Counted from the first letter of the stretch, positions 1 to 10,766 are shown. The stretch: 64,000 nt of DNA from Acidobacteriota bacterium (GCA_965209055.1 OZ242374.1:3072001-3136000), one strand, 5' to 3'. Notes: generated by a model not told the origin, from the letters alone. Made by a program: numbers and translations.

Positions 1-1
1 C

Positions 2-124
2 AACCAGTATTCGGAGGCTCTGGAACACTACAGGAAAGCTCACAGCCTCAGCCGGGACGGCGAGATCCAGGCGAGTGTCGAGCGGGTCCAGGAGCGGATT
101 CGAAGACAGAGGGAACGAAGATAG
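2..124 (+). CDS. 3' end of a TPR-like protein (partial, runs off the left edge)
   Basis: Frame +2 reads NQYSEALEHYRKAHSLSRDGEIQASVERVQERIRRQRERR* with stop TAG at 122-124; the 'A..HY.KA' pattern is TPR-like. Confidence 0.55.
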   Translation, partial: NQYSEALEHYRKAHSLSRDGEIQASVERVQERIRRQRERR

Positions 125-153
125 CGCCCGCCCGGTTCGTGTGACCATTGCTC

Positions 154-1434
154 ATGACCACCATCGCAGAAGTCCGGGCCAGAGAGGTCCTTGACTCCAG
201 AGGAAACCCCACCGTCGAAGCCGATGTCGTGACCCGGGACGGTCACCTGGGGAGGGCTGCCGTGCCCTCCGGAGCCTCCACCGGTCTTCACGAAGCCAAA
301 GAACTGCGGGACGCGGATCCGGCCCGGTTTCTGGGGAAGGGAGTCGGCCGGGCCGTCGAGAATATCCGGCGCGTCCTCGGGCCGGGTGTCAAAGGGCTGC
401 CGGTCCTGGACCAGGCTCGTGTCGACCGCCGGATGATCGAATTGGACGGAACCGAGTCCAAGGAAAAGCTGGGGGCCAACGCCATCCTGGCGGTCTCCCT
501 GGCCTGTGCCCGGGCCGCCGCCCAGTGCCGGGGCTGTTCGCTTTTCCGTTCTCTGGGCGGCGCCGAGGCCCGCCGCATGCCGGTTCCTCTCATGAACATC
601 CTCAACGGTGGTGTGCACGGTCACCGGAACGTCGACTTCCAGGAGTTCATGGTGGTTCCGGTGTCCGCCGGCTCCTTCTCGCGCGCACTGCAGATGGGCG
701 CCGAGGTGTTCCATCACCTGGGCCGGGTCCTGGAGCAGGACGGGCGCCCCACCACCGTCGGCGACGAGGGAGGATTCGCCCCCAACATGGAATCCAACGC
801 CGAAGCGGTGAAACTGGTTCTGAAAGCCATCGAGTGGGCCGGCTACCGTCCCGGAGAGGACTTCTATCTGGCTCTCGACGTGGCCGCCAGCGAGCTTTAC
901 CGGGACGGCCACTACGTTCTGCGGGGCCTCAATTACATGAGTTCGGAGGAGCTCGTCGACATGTACGCCAGTTGGCTGGACCTTTATCCCATCTGTTCCA
1001 TCGAGGACGGCCTGGCCGAAGACGACTGGGACGGATGGGCCCGGATGTCCCGCCAGTTGGGTCACCGCGTCCAACTGGTGGGCGACGATCTGTTCGTCAC
1101 CCATCCGGGCCGGTTGCAACGGGGCATCGATTCCGGCGTCGCCAACTCCATACTCATCAAGCTGAATCAAATTGGGACCCTGACCGAGACGGTCGAAACC
1201 GTCGGTCTGGCTCGCGAGAATGGTTACAGTTGGATCGTCTCGCATCGTTCGGGCGAAACGGAGGACGCTTTCATAGCGGACCTGTCCGTGGCGACCAACG
1301 CCGTTCAGATCAAGGCGGGATCGGCCTGCAGGTCCGACCGGGTGGCGAAATACAATCAGTTGTTGAGAATCGAGGAGGAACTGGGCGACCGAGCCCTCTA
1401 CTCCAGCACTGAACTCACGCACGATGGTCCCTGA
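154..1434 (+). CDS. eno: Enolase (phosphopyruvate hydratase)
   Basis: Motifs [31 protein letters not shown] and SHRSGETED. Confidence 0.98.
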   Translation: MTTIAEVRAREVLDSRGNPTVEADVVTRDGHLGRAAVPSGASTGLHEAKELRDADPARFLGKGVGRAVENIRRVLGPGVKGLPVLDQARVDRRMIELDGTESKEKLGANAILAVSLACARAAAQCRGCSLFRSLGGAEARRMPVPLMNILNGGVHGHRNVDFQEFMVVPVSAGSFSRALQMGAEVFHHLGRVLEQDGRPTTVGDEGGFAPNMESNAEAVKLVLKAIEWAGYRPGEDFYLALDVAASELYRDGHYVLRGLNYMSSEELVDMYASWLDLYPICSIEDGLAEDDWDGWARMSRQLGHRVQLVGDDLFVTHPGRLQRGIDSGVANSILIKLNQIGTLTETVETVGLARENGYSWIVSHRSGETEDAFIADLSVATNAVQIKAGSACRSDRVAKYNQLLRIEEELGDRALYSSTELTHDGP

Positions 1435-1494
1435 CCGGGCAGGAGCTTGCCTGAGAAAAACCGCCGTTTGACCCTCTATCTGCCGCACTGAATC

Positions 1495-3030
1495 ATGTCG
1501 ACACCCCCCGTGGTTCTTCTGGCCGTCCTGGATGGTTGGGGATTGCGAGACGGCCGGGAAGGGAATGCCATCGCCCAGGCCCGGCTCCCCACCATGGAGA
1601 GGCTCTGCTCGCGCTACGCCTGGACCCGCCTGGCGGCCAGCGGCGGGCGTGTCGGCCTGCCCCCGGGCCAGATGGGCAACAGCGAAGTCGGCCACTTGAA
1701 TCTGGGGGCCGGACGGGTTGTCCCGCAGGATCTGACCCGAATCGATCGAGCCATCCAGACCGGGCGGTTCGACGGCAACTCGAGCCTGCGATCCGTCATG
1801 GAAACGGCTCGCCACACGGCGCTTCACCTGGTCGGCCTGGTCTCCGACGGGGGTGTGCACAGCCACATCCGGCACCTGCTGGCGTTGCTGCGGCTGGCCA
1901 GGAAGGAGCATGTCGAGAAGGTATGGATCCACGCCATCCTGGACGGGAGGGACGCGAGTCCCACCGCCGGAGTGACCTACCTGGAGCAGTTGCGGGCAGA
2001 GACCATGAGGCTGGGAACCGGAGCCTTGGCTTCCGTCGGCGGCCGCTACTACGCCATGGATCGCGACAACCGTTGGGAACGGGTGGAGAAGGCCTACCGG
2101 TGCATGGTCGAGGGTCGCGGAGGGCGAGGCTGGCGGAATCCGATTCAGGGTGTAGCGGAGTCCTATCGAAAGGGTGTCTACGATGAGTTCGTCGTCCCGT
2201 TTCCGGTTGTGGACTCCCTCGGCCGTCCGGTGGGTCCCATAGATCCCGATCATGCGGCGATTTTCTTCAACTTCCGTGCCGACCGGGCCCGCCAACTCAC
2301 GCACGCGCTGACCGAAGACGATTTCCAGGCCTTTCCCCGGAACCGGGGGCCCATGACACACCTTCTCACCATGACGCGGTATCGTCTCGACTGGTCCCTG
2401 CCGGCGGCTTTCCCTTACGTTCCGGTTCGTCAGACGCTGGCCCAGCTCCTGAGCTCCCATGGCGTTTCCAATCTGCGCCTCGCGGAGACGGAAAAGTACG
2501 CCCACGTCACCTATTTCTTCAACGGAGGAGTGGAGGAGCCTCCGGAAGGCGAGACCCGGGTGCTGATCCCATCTCCGAAGGTGGCCACGTACGATCTCCA
2601 ACCCTGGATGAGCGCCGCCGAGATCACCGACCGGCTGCTCGAAGAGCTGGAACACGGCGTCTTTCCCGCCATGGTGGTCAATTTTGCCAACGCCGACATG
2701 GTGGGACACACGGGAGACCTGGCGGCGACCGTCCAGGCGGTGGAAGCCGTCGACTCCTGCCTGGGCCGAATCTACCGAAAGATCCGGAAAACCGGAGGCG
2801 TCATGGCCGTCACGGCAGACCATGGGAACGCAGAGTTTATGGTGGACACGAAAACGGGTCAGCCCCACACGGCGCACACCAGTCACCCGGTGCCGTTTAT
2901 TCTGGTCGATTCTCAGAACCGGACGGCATTGAGGCCGGACGGAGCTCTGGAGGATGTCGCCCCCACGCTGCTCGAATATCTGGACTTGCCGCAGCCGAAG
3001 GAAATGTCCGGCAGATCCCTGTTGAGATAG
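1495..3030 (+). CDS. gpmI: 2,3-bisphosphoglycerate-independent phosphoglycerate mutase
   Basis: Motifs LDGWG, QMGNSEVGH, SDGGVHSH, DMVGHTG and TADHGNAE. Confidence 0.98.
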   Translation: MSTPPVVLLAVLDGWGLRDGREGNAIAQARLPTMERLCSRYAWTRLAASGGRVGLPPGQMGNSEVGHLNLGAGRVVPQDLTRIDRAIQTGRFDGNSSLRSVMETARHTALHLVGLVSDGGVHSHIRHLLALLRLARKEHVEKVWIHAILDGRDASPTAGVTYLEQLRAETMRLGTGALASVGGRYYAMDRDNRWERVEKAYRCMVEGRGGRGWRNPIQGVAESYRKGVYDEFVVPFPVVDSLGRPVGPIDPDHAAIFFNFRADRARQLTHALTEDDFQAFPRNRGPMTHLLTMTRYRLDWSLPAAFPYVPVRQTLAQLLSSHGVSNLRLAETEKYAHVTYFFNGGVEEPPEGETRVLIPSPKVATYDLQPWMSAAEITDRLLEELEHGVFPAMVVNFANADMVGHTGDLAATVQAVEAVDSCLGRIYRKIRKTGGVMAVTADHGNAEFMVDTKTGQPHTAHTSHPVPFILVDSQNRTALRPDGALEDVAPTLLEYLDLPQPKEMSGRSLLR

Positions 3031-3044
3031 CTGGGCAGTTCCCC

Positions 3045-4130
3045 ATGGACGTGAGCATCGTCATCCCGACATGGAACGGAATCGCCCTGTTGCGGGAGAC
3101 TCTGCCCTCGGTGTGCGAGGCCGCCGGGTTCTACCGCCGCGAGAGCCATTGCCGGACCGAGATCCTGGTCGTGGATGACGGCAGTGAAGACGAGACCCGG
3201 AAGGTCCTGCCGGCCGAGTTTCCCCAGGTCCGGCTCATCGAGTCCCCCTCGAATCGCGGATTCGCGCCGGCCTGCAACCTCGGATTCGAGCACGCCCGCT
3301 TTCCCCTGGTGGCGCTCTTGAACAACGACGTGAAGGTGGAGCCCGATTACCTGCTGCGCCAGATCCCGCATTTTCAGGACCCGGAGGTGATGGCGGTCAC
3401 GGCCCGGGTTTTCTCCTGGGACGGAGACGAGTTCACGGCGGGAGGACGGTTCGGCCGTTTCCGGCGAGGGTTCTGGAGCGTCTATCTGAACTATGACGTC
3501 GACCCGCACAGCGCCCGCGCTGAACTGCAGGATCGCCGATGGCTGTCGGCTTATGCCGTCGGCGGTTTCGCTACCTACGACCGCCGGAAGCTCCAGGAGC
3601 TGGGAGGCTTCAACACCCTCCTCGCTCCCTTTCACTGGGAGGACGTCGACCTGTCCTACCGCGGATGGAAGCGTGGTTGGAAGATCCACTACGAACCGGA
3701 CAGTGTCGCCTATCACCGGATCAGCGCCACCATCGGCAGCCGGTTCCGGCCTCGAAGGGTCCAGACCGTAGCGGTGCGGAACCGGCTCCTGTTCCATTGG
3801 ATCAATCTCCATTCCACCGGTTACTGGATTCGCCACCTGGTGGGACTCGCAGGCCTCCTGCTGACCCGGTTCATGGTGCTCGATGGCGCCTTTTACCGTT
3901 CCTTCCTGGGCGCTCTCTCCCGGATTCCCGAAGTGAGGAGGATGCGGCGGCGGGAGCGGGACCGTGCGCGGCGATCCGATGTGGAGATCTCCCGGTTATT
4001 GAGCGCTTTCTATCGGACCGCGCCGATTCGGGTGTACCGGGGCAGCAGCGAGGTCCGGGCGGAGCATCCGGGTCTGGAAAAAGCTCCCGCCGTCGAGGCC
4101 GGTTCGTCTCGTCCCGGTTCGATTGTATGA
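3045..4130 (+). CDS. Glycosyltransferase family 2
   Basis: SIVIPTWN, VVDDGS, N.GFAPACN, LLNND and EDVDL..R motifs. Confidence 0.92.
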   Translation: MDVSIVIPTWNGIALLRETLPSVCEAAGFYRRESHCRTEILVVDDGSEDETRKVLPAEFPQVRLIESPSNRGFAPACNLGFEHARFPLVALLNNDVKVEPDYLLRQIPHFQDPEVMAVTARVFSWDGDEFTAGGRFGRFRRGFWSVYLNYDVDPHSARAELQDRRWLSAYAVGGFATYDRRKLQELGGFNTLLAPFHWEDVDLSYRGWKRGWKIHYEPDSVAYHRISATIGSRFRPRRVQTVAVRNRLLFHWINLHSTGYWIRHLVGLAGLLLTRFMVLDGAFYRSFLGALSRIPEVRRMRRRERDRARRSDVEISRLLSAFYRTAPIRVYRGSSEVRAEHPGLEKAPAVEAGSSRPGSIV

Positions 4131-4186
4131 TCTGAGGATCTGAACTCCATGTCAGGGGGTGAAGTGATCGGGATGGGGCAAGTCTC

Positions 4187-4963
4187 TTGAAAAAGCTCTC
4201 CGGCGTCGTCATCAGCTACAACGAGGAGGAAAAAATCGACGCTGCACTGAGCAGCCTTCAGGACGTGAGCGACGAGATCGTGGTCGTGGATTCCTTCAGC
4301 TCGGACGGGACCGAAGCCATTTGCCGCCGTTTTACGGATCGATTTCTCCAACGCGCGTGGTCCGGCTACCGCGACCAGAAGCAGTACGCGACGCACCAAG
4401 CCTCTTTCGACTGGGTCCTGAGCCTGGACGCGGACGAAGTTCTGAGTCCGGAGCTGCAGCGGGAAGTGCTCCTCTGGAAGTCCGGAAAGGATGACGGAAT
4501 CGACGGCTACTACCTGTCCCGCAAGACTTTCTTTCTGGGGCGATGGATCGAGCACACGACCTGGTATCCCGATTGGCAGATGAGGCTCTTTCGACGGTCC
4601 GCGGGACGGTGGGAGGGAGGACGGGTCCATGAGTCGTTCCGGGTCAAAGGGTCCACCGGCCAGCTTTCGGGAGATCTGCACCACCACACCTACGCTTCCC
4701 TGAGCGAGTATCTGCGGCAGTTGGAGCGGTTCACCAACTTGGCGGCAGCCGACTATTTCGATGCCGGCGTTCGAGCCGGACCAGCGAAGCTGTTGCTGTA
4801 CCCCCCTTGGGTATTCTTTCGCAATTACGTCCTGCACCGCGGTTTTCAGGACGGCGTTCCCGGGCTGGCCGTGTCTTTCCTCTCTGCCATGTCCACATTC
4901 TTCAAGTATCTCAAGCTGTGGGAACTGGCCGCAGGAGACCCGAAGCGGGCGGGTGACGGGTAG
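4187..4963 (+). CDS. Glycosyltransferase family 2 (beta-1,4-glucosyltransferase/KdtX-WaaE-like)
   Basis: VISYNEE, VVDSFSSDGT, WVLSLDADE, YPD.Q.RLF and VHE motifs; TTG start. Confidence 0.9.
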   Translation: MKKLSGVVISYNEEEKIDAALSSLQDVSDEIVVVDSFSSDGTEAICRRFTDRFLQRAWSGYRDQKQYATHQASFDWVLSLDADEVLSPELQREVLLWKSGKDDGIDGYYLSRKTFFLGRWIEHTTWYPDWQMRLFRRSAGRWEGGRVHESFRVKGSTGQLSGDLHHHTYASLSEYLRQLERFTNLAAADYFDAGVRAGPAKLLLYPPWVFFRNYVLHRGFQDGVPGLAVSFLSAMSTFFKYLKLWELAAGDPKRAGDG

Positions 4964-4964
4964 C

Positions 4965-6071
4965 GTGAAGAGTCCTTTGCGGATCCTCTATGTGGATACC
5001 GAGAGTTTCTGGCGGGGAGGCCAGGAGCAACTCTTCAGCCTGATGGTGGGAATCCGGAAACGGGGCCACGTTGTGGAGCTGGCGGCGCCGGCCGGGAGCC
5101 CGCTGGCGAACCGGGCCCGGGATGCGGGCATCCCCGCCCACAGCTTTACCCAGCGGAGTGAGCTGAGCCTTGCCGCGGCTTGGAAGCTGACACGGATCAT
5201 GGGATCCGGAACGGTGGACCTGCTCCACTACAATACGCCCCGTCCGGTGCTGGCCGGCAAACTGGCGGCTCTGATCTCCGGAGTCTCCGTTCTGGTCGCC
5301 TCCCGCCGGGTCAATTTTCCGTTGCGCTCCGGGTTCAGCCGCATCAAGTACAACCGGCTCCTCGACCGGGTGGTCACCGTCTCCGGGAGCATTCAGCGGA
5401 CGCTGGTTCAAAACGGCGTCCGGCCCGAGCGGGTCTCGGTAGTTTACGAGGGGGTGGACCTGCGGTCCGTGGACAGGCTCCCACACACGTCGGTGTTGCC
5501 GCCGCGATCAGGTCTCGTCGTCGGGGTCGTCGCCCACCTGAGCCCCGAGAAGGGGCACGTGACGGTGCTGAAGGCCGCGGCTCGGTTGCGGGAGAGGTTT
5601 CCCGGCGTCACGTATGTCTTTGTCGGCGGCGGGGAGCGCAGGCAGATGCTGGAGGAGCGGGCTCGCGCCCTGAACGTCGCGGACCGGGTCCTGTTCACCG
5701 GCTTTCGGAAAGACAGCGACGCGATGATGCGGGAATTCGACGTCTTCTGTCTGGCATCACTGTCCGAAGGGCTCAGCTCCGCCATTCTCGCCGCAATGGC
5801 CCGTCCGCTGCCCGTCGTGGCCACTCGCGTCGGCGGGATTCCGGAGCTGGTGGTGGATGGAAGCACGGGTCTGCTGGTCCCCCCGGGCCGGCCGGACAAG
5901 TTGGCCGAGGCGCTGGCCAAGGTGCTGTCGTCCGCCTCGTTGAGACGGCGAATGAGGGAAGCCGGCCGGAAGCGGGTGGCCGAGTATTTCACCCTGGAAC
6001 GGAAGCTGGATGAGACCGAGCGGCTCTATCTGGAACTGGCGAAGATGCGGCGGCCGAGTCGCTTGAGTTGA
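4965..6071 (+). CDS. Glycosyltransferase family 4 (GT-B)
   Basis: GGQEQ N-terminal motif, KGH, EGL...ILAAMA and VATRVGGIPE; GTG start 1 nt after the upstream stop. Confidence 0.9.
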   Translation: MKSPLRILYVDTESFWRGGQEQLFSLMVGIRKRGHVVELAAPAGSPLANRARDAGIPAHSFTQRSELSLAAAWKLTRIMGSGTVDLLHYNTPRPVLAGKLAALISGVSVLVASRRVNFPLRSGFSRIKYNRLLDRVVTVSGSIQRTLVQNGVRPERVSVVYEGVDLRSVDRLPHTSVLPPRSGLVVGVVAHLSPEKGHVTVLKAAARLRERFPGVTYVFVGGGERRQMLEERARALNVADRVLFTGFRKDSDAMMREFDVFCLASLSEGLSSAILAAMARPLPVVATRVGGIPELVVDGSTGLLVPPGRPDKLAEALAKVLSSASLRRRMREAGRKRVAEYFTLERKLDETERLYLELAKMRRPSRLS

Positions 6072-6185
6072 CAGGCTGCGGGAAAGTTCCCGCGCGGCAA
6101 GGCAGTCCGCCGAAGCGCGGATCCGGTCGAATGCCGTGACGGCATTTGCCGCCGGCTGGTAAGATGTGCCGGGATTTGGAAGGCC

Positions 6186-6944
6186 ATGAAGGGAGTCATT
6201 CTCGCAGGTGGACTCGGCACCAGATTGTGGCCCCTGACCAAGGTGACCAACAAGCACCTGTTGCCGGTCTACGACAAGCCCATGATCTACTACCCGCTGG
6301 AAATGCTGGTCGAAGCCGGCATCGACGAGATCATGCTGGTGACGGGGGGCAACAAAGCGGGTGACTTTCTCCGCCTGCTGGGCAGCGGCCAGGAGTTCGG
6401 TCTCAGACAGATCCACTTCGGTTACCAGGAGGGAGAAGGGGGGATCGCGGACGCGCTCTCTCTGGCCCGGCATTTCGCCGGGGACGACCTGATCTGCGTC
6501 GTGCTGGGCGACAACATTCTTGAAAAATCCATCGCGCCCTTCGTGCGTAGCTTCCTCCGGCAGGGCCGGGGCGCCAAGATCCTCTTGAAGAAAGTGCCCG
6601 ATCCCCAACGTTTCGGAGTGCCGGAGTTGAACGGCGACCGGGTCGTACGCATTACCGAGAAGCCGTCCAGACCCGCCTCTCCGTACGCGGTGACGGGAGT
6701 GTACATGTACGACAGCCGGGTCTTCGACATCATTGACACCCTCTCGCCTTCCGACCGGGGAGAGCTGGAGATTACGGACGTCAACAACCGGTACATCGAG
6801 TCGAACGAGTTGACGTACAATGTCATCGACGGCTGGTGGACGGACGCGGGAACCATCGAGTCCCTGATGCGCGCCGCGAACCTGGTGGCGGAGGATGCTG
6901 GAGCACCCGCGCGCCTTGAAGTCGAGATGCTCGCCAATCCTTGA
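6186..6944 (+). CDS. rmlA: Glucose-1-phosphate thymidylyltransferase-like sugar nucleotidyltransferase (short RmlA/SpsI type)
   Basis: GVILAGGLGTRLWPLT, KHLLPVYDKPMIYYP and RGELEITD. Confidence 0.88.
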   Translation: MKGVILAGGLGTRLWPLTKVTNKHLLPVYDKPMIYYPLEMLVEAGIDEIMLVTGGNKAGDFLRLLGSGQEFGLRQIHFGYQEGEGGIADALSLARHFAGDDLICVVLGDNILEKSIAPFVRSFLRQGRGAKILLKKVPDPQRFGVPELNGDRVVRITEKPSRPASPYAVTGVYMYDSRVFDIIDTLSPSDRGELEITDVNNRYIESNELTYNVIDGWWTDAGTIESLMRAANLVAEDAGAPARLEVEMLANP

Positions 6945-7044
6945 CATCCCGTGCGGCACTCCCGTATGAACCCCCGGGAAACGTGGGCCGGCACCGGGAC
7001 CGGAAACACGATCGGGATTCGGTTTTCTTGAGTGGTGGCTTCAG

Positions 7045-8070
7045 ATGAAATTGTTGGTCACCGGTGGAGCAGGCTTCATCGGCTCGAATTTCATCCGCCA
7101 CATTCTGAGCCGCCGCGGTTTTCAGGTCGTCAATTTCGATCTCCTCACCTATGCCGGGAACCTCCAGAACCTGGCCGGTCTGGGGGCCGGTGACGACTAC
7201 CGCTTCATCCGGGGCGACATTGCCTCCAGGCCGCAGGTCGCCGGGGCTCTGGATCCCGGAATCGACGCCATCGTCCACTTCGCCGCCGAGAGCCACGTGG
7301 ACCGGAGCATTCTGGATGCTTCCGCGTTTGTCCGCACCAACGTGCTGGGTACCCAGAACCTGTTGGAGGCGGCGCGCCGCAATGGGGTTTCCCGTTTCAT
7401 CCACGTGTCCACCGATGAGGTTTACGGTTCGCTGCCCGGCGTCGGAGAGTTCACCGAGGATTCTCCGCTGGCTCCCAACAGTCCCTATGCCGCCAGCAAA
7501 GCGGCCGCCGACCTGCTGGCCAGGGCCTACCACCGGACTTATGGCCTGGGCGTGGTTACGACCCGTTGCGGGAACAATTACGGTCCCTATCAATTTCCGG
7601 AGAAGCTGATTCCGCTGATGGTCTCCAACGCGCTGGACGATGAACCGCTCCCCTTGTACGGAGACGGTCTGTATACCCGGGACTGGATCCATGTCCTGGA
7701 CCATTGCCGCGCCCTGGAGTCGATACTGCTCGAGGGCCGGGAGGGGGCGGTCTACAACATCGGAGCCCACGGGGAACGGACCAACCTGGAAGTGGCGCGC
7801 CGAATCCTTGGTATCCTGGGAAAGCCTGAAGACCTGATCTCCTTCGTGGCCGACCGGCCGGCGCACGACCGGAGGTACGCCGTGGACAGCAGTCGTCTGC
7901 GGCTGGAGTTGGGATGGTCTCCCCGGATTTCCTTCGAGGAAGGGTTGGACGAGACGGTGCGGTGGTACCGCGATCATCCCCAATGGGTGGACGGGGTTCG
8001 AAGCGGCGATTACCGGCACTACTACCGCATGGTCTACGGGAACCGGGACCGGACCCTGTCCAGCCTATAG
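7045..8070 (+). CDS. rmlB: dTDP-glucose 4,6-dehydratase
   Basis: TGGAGFIG, AAESHVDRS, STDEVYG, YAASK and YGPYQFPEKLIP. Confidence 0.96.
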   Translation: MKLLVTGGAGFIGSNFIRHILSRRGFQVVNFDLLTYAGNLQNLAGLGAGDDYRFIRGDIASRPQVAGALDPGIDAIVHFAAESHVDRSILDASAFVRTNVLGTQNLLEAARRNGVSRFIHVSTDEVYGSLPGVGEFTEDSPLAPNSPYAASKAAADLLARAYHRTYGLGVVTTRCGNNYGPYQFPEKLIPLMVSNALDDEPLPLYGDGLYTRDWIHVLDHCRALESILLEGREGAVYNIGAHGERTNLEVARRILGILGKPEDLISFVADRPAHDRRYAVDSSRLRLELGWSPRISFEEGLDETVRWYRDHPQWVDGVRSGDYRHYYRMVYGNRDRTLSSL

Positions 8071-8126
8071 CCGGCAGCCCTTGAAGACATGCAGCGGACT
8101 GCCGGGTTCGCACTGTTGGAGGAGTC

Positions 8127-8576
8127 GTGAACCGCGGTTCGGTGACCAGAAACAAGAAGGCCTTCCACAACTATGAGATCCGGGAGAGGTACCACGCCGG
8201 AATGGTGCTGCTGGGGACCGAGATCAAGGCGATCCGCGATCATCAGGTCAGCCTTGCCGACAGCTATGCCAGGATCAGGGATGGCGAGGTCTGGTTGGAG
8301 AATTGCCACATCGGACCCTACCGTCACGGCAATTTGGCCAATCACGAACCCTTGAGGCCCCGGAAGCTGTTGCTGCACCGAAGAGAGATCAGCCGGTTGA
8401 CGGGCGCCGTCGCCCACAAGGGTTTCACCCTGGTCCCGCTGGCGCTCTATTTTGAAAAGGGAAGGGCCAAGCTCGAGCTGGGGGTCGCTCGAGGAAAACG
8501 TCTCTACGACAAACGGGAGGCGGCCCGGCGCCGCGCCGTCGACCGGGACATGGCACAGGAGTTGAAACGTCGATGA
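8127..8576 (+). CDS. smpB: SsrA-binding protein
   Basis: NKKAFHNY, L.GTEIKAIR, RKLLLH and GKRLYDKRE. Confidence 0.97.
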   Translation: MNRGSVTRNKKAFHNYEIRERYHAGMVLLGTEIKAIRDHQVSLADSYARIRDGEVWLENCHIGPYRHGNLANHEPLRPRKLLLHRREISRLTGAVAHKGFTLVPLALYFEKGRAKLELGVARGKRLYDKREAARRRAVDRDMAQELKRR

Positions 8577-10063
8577 GCATGGAACTTGGAGTGGTCGATT
8601 CGAGTTGGTATCGCCTGGACTGCGATGCCGTGGTGCTGATACTCCATCGCGAGGAGGAGTCCGGCCGGCTGAACCAGTCGGCGGATGAACGCATGGATGG
8701 TCTGCTGGCGCAGTTGACCGCCAGTGGAGAGTGGACGGGGGCCGATGGCGACATCCTGGTGATTCACCGGCCCGCGGACATCTCGGCGAGCCGCCTGGTT
8801 CTTCTGGGAGCGGGACGCCGCGGCGATTGCGACGGCGCCCGGCTCCGCGACCGCATGGTTCAAGTGGTGCGCAAATTTCGGGGCTCCGACGTCGAATCCA
8901 TCGCCGTCGCAGGCTGGGATGCATCGGAGTCCGCCCTCTCGATCCAGGCGTGTGCCGAGGGGCTGGTCATCGGGAGCTACGGACCGGACGAGTATAAGAC
9001 CCGGGACCGAAGCCGGACCAAGATCGGCCAGGCGCTTTTCTGCTCCGGTGATCCAGCGCGCAAGACTGAGTTGCAGGACGCCTTGAACCGCGGGCAGGTG
9101 CTTGGCGAGGCCACGAATCTGGCCCGTTCCCTGGTCAACCAGCCCGGGAATCGGATCAATCCGGCGCGGCTGGCGGAGGAAGCGCGCTCGATCGCCGAGA
9201 AGTCGGGTCTGCAGATCGAGATCCTGGACGAGCCGGCCATGGAGGAGGAGGGCATGGGGGCGCTCCTGGCCGTGGCCCGGGGGAGTGACGAGCCGGCCAG
9301 AATGATCGTCCTCAAGCATTTCGGCGCCGAGGACGCCGCCGCGCCGCCGGTGGTCCTGATCGGCAAGGGGGTGACCTTCGACAGCGGGGGGCTCTCCCTG
9401 AAGACCGCCCAGGGAATGGAGGAGATGAAGGCGGACAAGGCGGGAGCCTGCGCCGTGCTCGCCGCCATGAAGGCCGTCTCCCGGTTGCGGTTGCGCAAGA
9501 ACGTGGTGGGCATCCTGCCGGCCGTCGAGAATATGCCCGGCGGACGGGCACAGCGCCCCGGCGACGTGGTCCGTTCCATGTCGGGAAAGACCATCGAGGT
9601 TCTCAACACGGATGCGGAGGGCCGGCTGATTCTGGCCGATGCCATGCACTATGCCCGACGTTTGAATCCGGCCTGCATGGTGGACATCGCCACGCTCACC
9701 GGCGCCTGCGTCATCGCCCTGGGACATGTCCGGGCCGGCCTGTTTTCCAATGATGACCGGCTGGCGGAGTGCTTTTTCCAGGCCTCGGACAGGGCCGGGG
9801 AGAAGTTCTGGCGGCTGCCCCTCGACGACGAGTACCGCGCGCTCCTGGACAGTCATATTGCCGACATCAAAAACGTGGGCAAGCGGGCGGCCGGCGCCGT
9901 CACGGCGGCCAAGTTCCTGCAGGAGTTCGTAGGCGATACGCCCTGGTGCCACATCGACATAGCCGGTGTCGACATGTTTCAGGAGGGTGGCGCCAACAAG
10001 GGTCCCACCGGCTTCGGAGTGCGGACCATGGTTGAGCTGGCGTCACTCCACCCGGATTCATGA
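8573..10063 (+). CDS. pepA: Leucyl aminopeptidase (M17)
   Basis: GKGVTFDSGG, MK.D, NTDAEGRL and DIATLTGA. Confidence 0.96.
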   Translation: MSMELGVVDSSWYRLDCDAVVLILHREEESGRLNQSADERMDGLLAQLTASGEWTGADGDILVIHRPADISASRLVLLGAGRRGDCDGARLRDRMVQVVRKFRGSDVESIAVAGWDASESALSIQACAEGLVIGSYGPDEYKTRDRSRTKIGQALFCSGDPARKTELQDALNRGQVLGEATNLARSLVNQPGNRINPARLAEEARSIAEKSGLQIEILDEPAMEEEGMGALLAVARGSDEPARMIVLKHFGAEDAAAPPVVLIGKGVTFDSGGLSLKTAQGMEEMKADKAGACAVLAAMKAVSRLRLRKNVVGILPAVENMPGGRAQRPGDVVRSMSGKTIEVLNTDAEGRLILADAMHYARRLNPACMVDIATLTGACVIALGHVRAGLFSNDDRLAECFFQASDRAGEKFWRLPLDDEYRALLDSHIADIKNVGKRAAGAVTAAKFLQEFVGDTPWCHIDIAGVDMFQEGGANKGPTGFGVRTMVELASLHPDS

Positions 10064-10121
10064 AACGTCAGATGCTGGCCGTTCGCCATCTCGCGGGATT
10101 GGCCCGAGTCCGGGGAAGTCG

Positions 10122-10766
10122 GTGAGGACGGCTCTCCGGTTTGCCGCTCTGGCGCGAAAGAAAGAGCTTTTCGAAGCCGGGAATTCGGATTTCCGCGAGC
10201 TGCTCCGGCAGCGGATTCTACCCGGATTGGTGGAGTTCGAGGCCTTCCGGGGTGGATTGGCGGAGCCGGTCGTCAGCGGTGGATTCCGATTCTTGTTGCA
10301 GCTGGCTCGCGGCGGGAGAGGTCCTGATCTCGAAGGTCTGATTGCCTTGCGCGCCGCCGTCATCCCCGGGACGAAGGCAGGACTGCGCCTGGTTCCCGCC
10401 AAGCCTTTGTCTCCCGCTCACGCACCGCTCGAACCGGGGGCGGTGGGGCCGGCCCTGGACCGGTTCTTCGAGTGGACCTCCAGTCCGGGCTTCGCCGAGA
10501 TGCACGTCGTGCAGCAGGTCACGGTGACCCAGGTCCGCCTCCACGAAATCTATCCGTTCGGGGAAGGGACGGAGGTCTCGGTCTCACTGCTCGCCCACTG
10601 GTTTCTGCTGGCGCAGGGCTATCTCCTGCCCGCCTACAGGTTTGCGGACGCCGGCGAGTTCGCCCGGGCGCTCGAGGCCGGTTTGGAATTCAGGACGGAA
10701 GATCTGGTGAATCTGAATCTTCAGGCCCTGGGGCGGGCCTACAATCTGGGGCTGGATGGCTCCTGA
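10122..10766 (+). CDS. Fic/Fido-fold protein with degenerate catalytic motif
   Basis: 'ALDRFFEW...MH..QQ.....RLHEIYPFGEGTEVSVSLLAHWFLLAQGY' follows the Fic core layout (IHPFxDGNGRxxR); start uncertain (GTG 10122). Confidence 0.6.
   Translation: MRTALRFAALARKKELFEAGNSDFRELLRQRILPGLVEFEAFRGGLAEPVVSGGFRFLLQLARGGRGPDLEGLIALRAAVIPGTKAGLRLVPAKPLSPAHAPLEPGAVGPALDRFFEWTSSPGFAEMHVVQQVTVTQVRLHEIYPFGEGTEVSVSLLAHWFLLAQGYLLPAYRFADAGEFARALEAGLEFRTEDLVNLNLQALGRAYNLGLDGS

Noticed and set aside
40-2886. Long antisense or alternate-frame ORFs (e.g. 948 aa here; also 12390-14507, 27427-30270, 35574-37460, 50669-53107)
   Set aside because: Shadows of real high-GC genes on the opposite strand; no family motifs
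6941-6970. TTGACA possible promoter before rmlB
   Set aside because: Overlaps the rmlA stop codon and the -10 (TATGAA) is poor; not supportable
8070-8126. tmRNA (ssrA) next to smpB
   Set aside because: No room, and no GGGG...CCA tRNA-like ends
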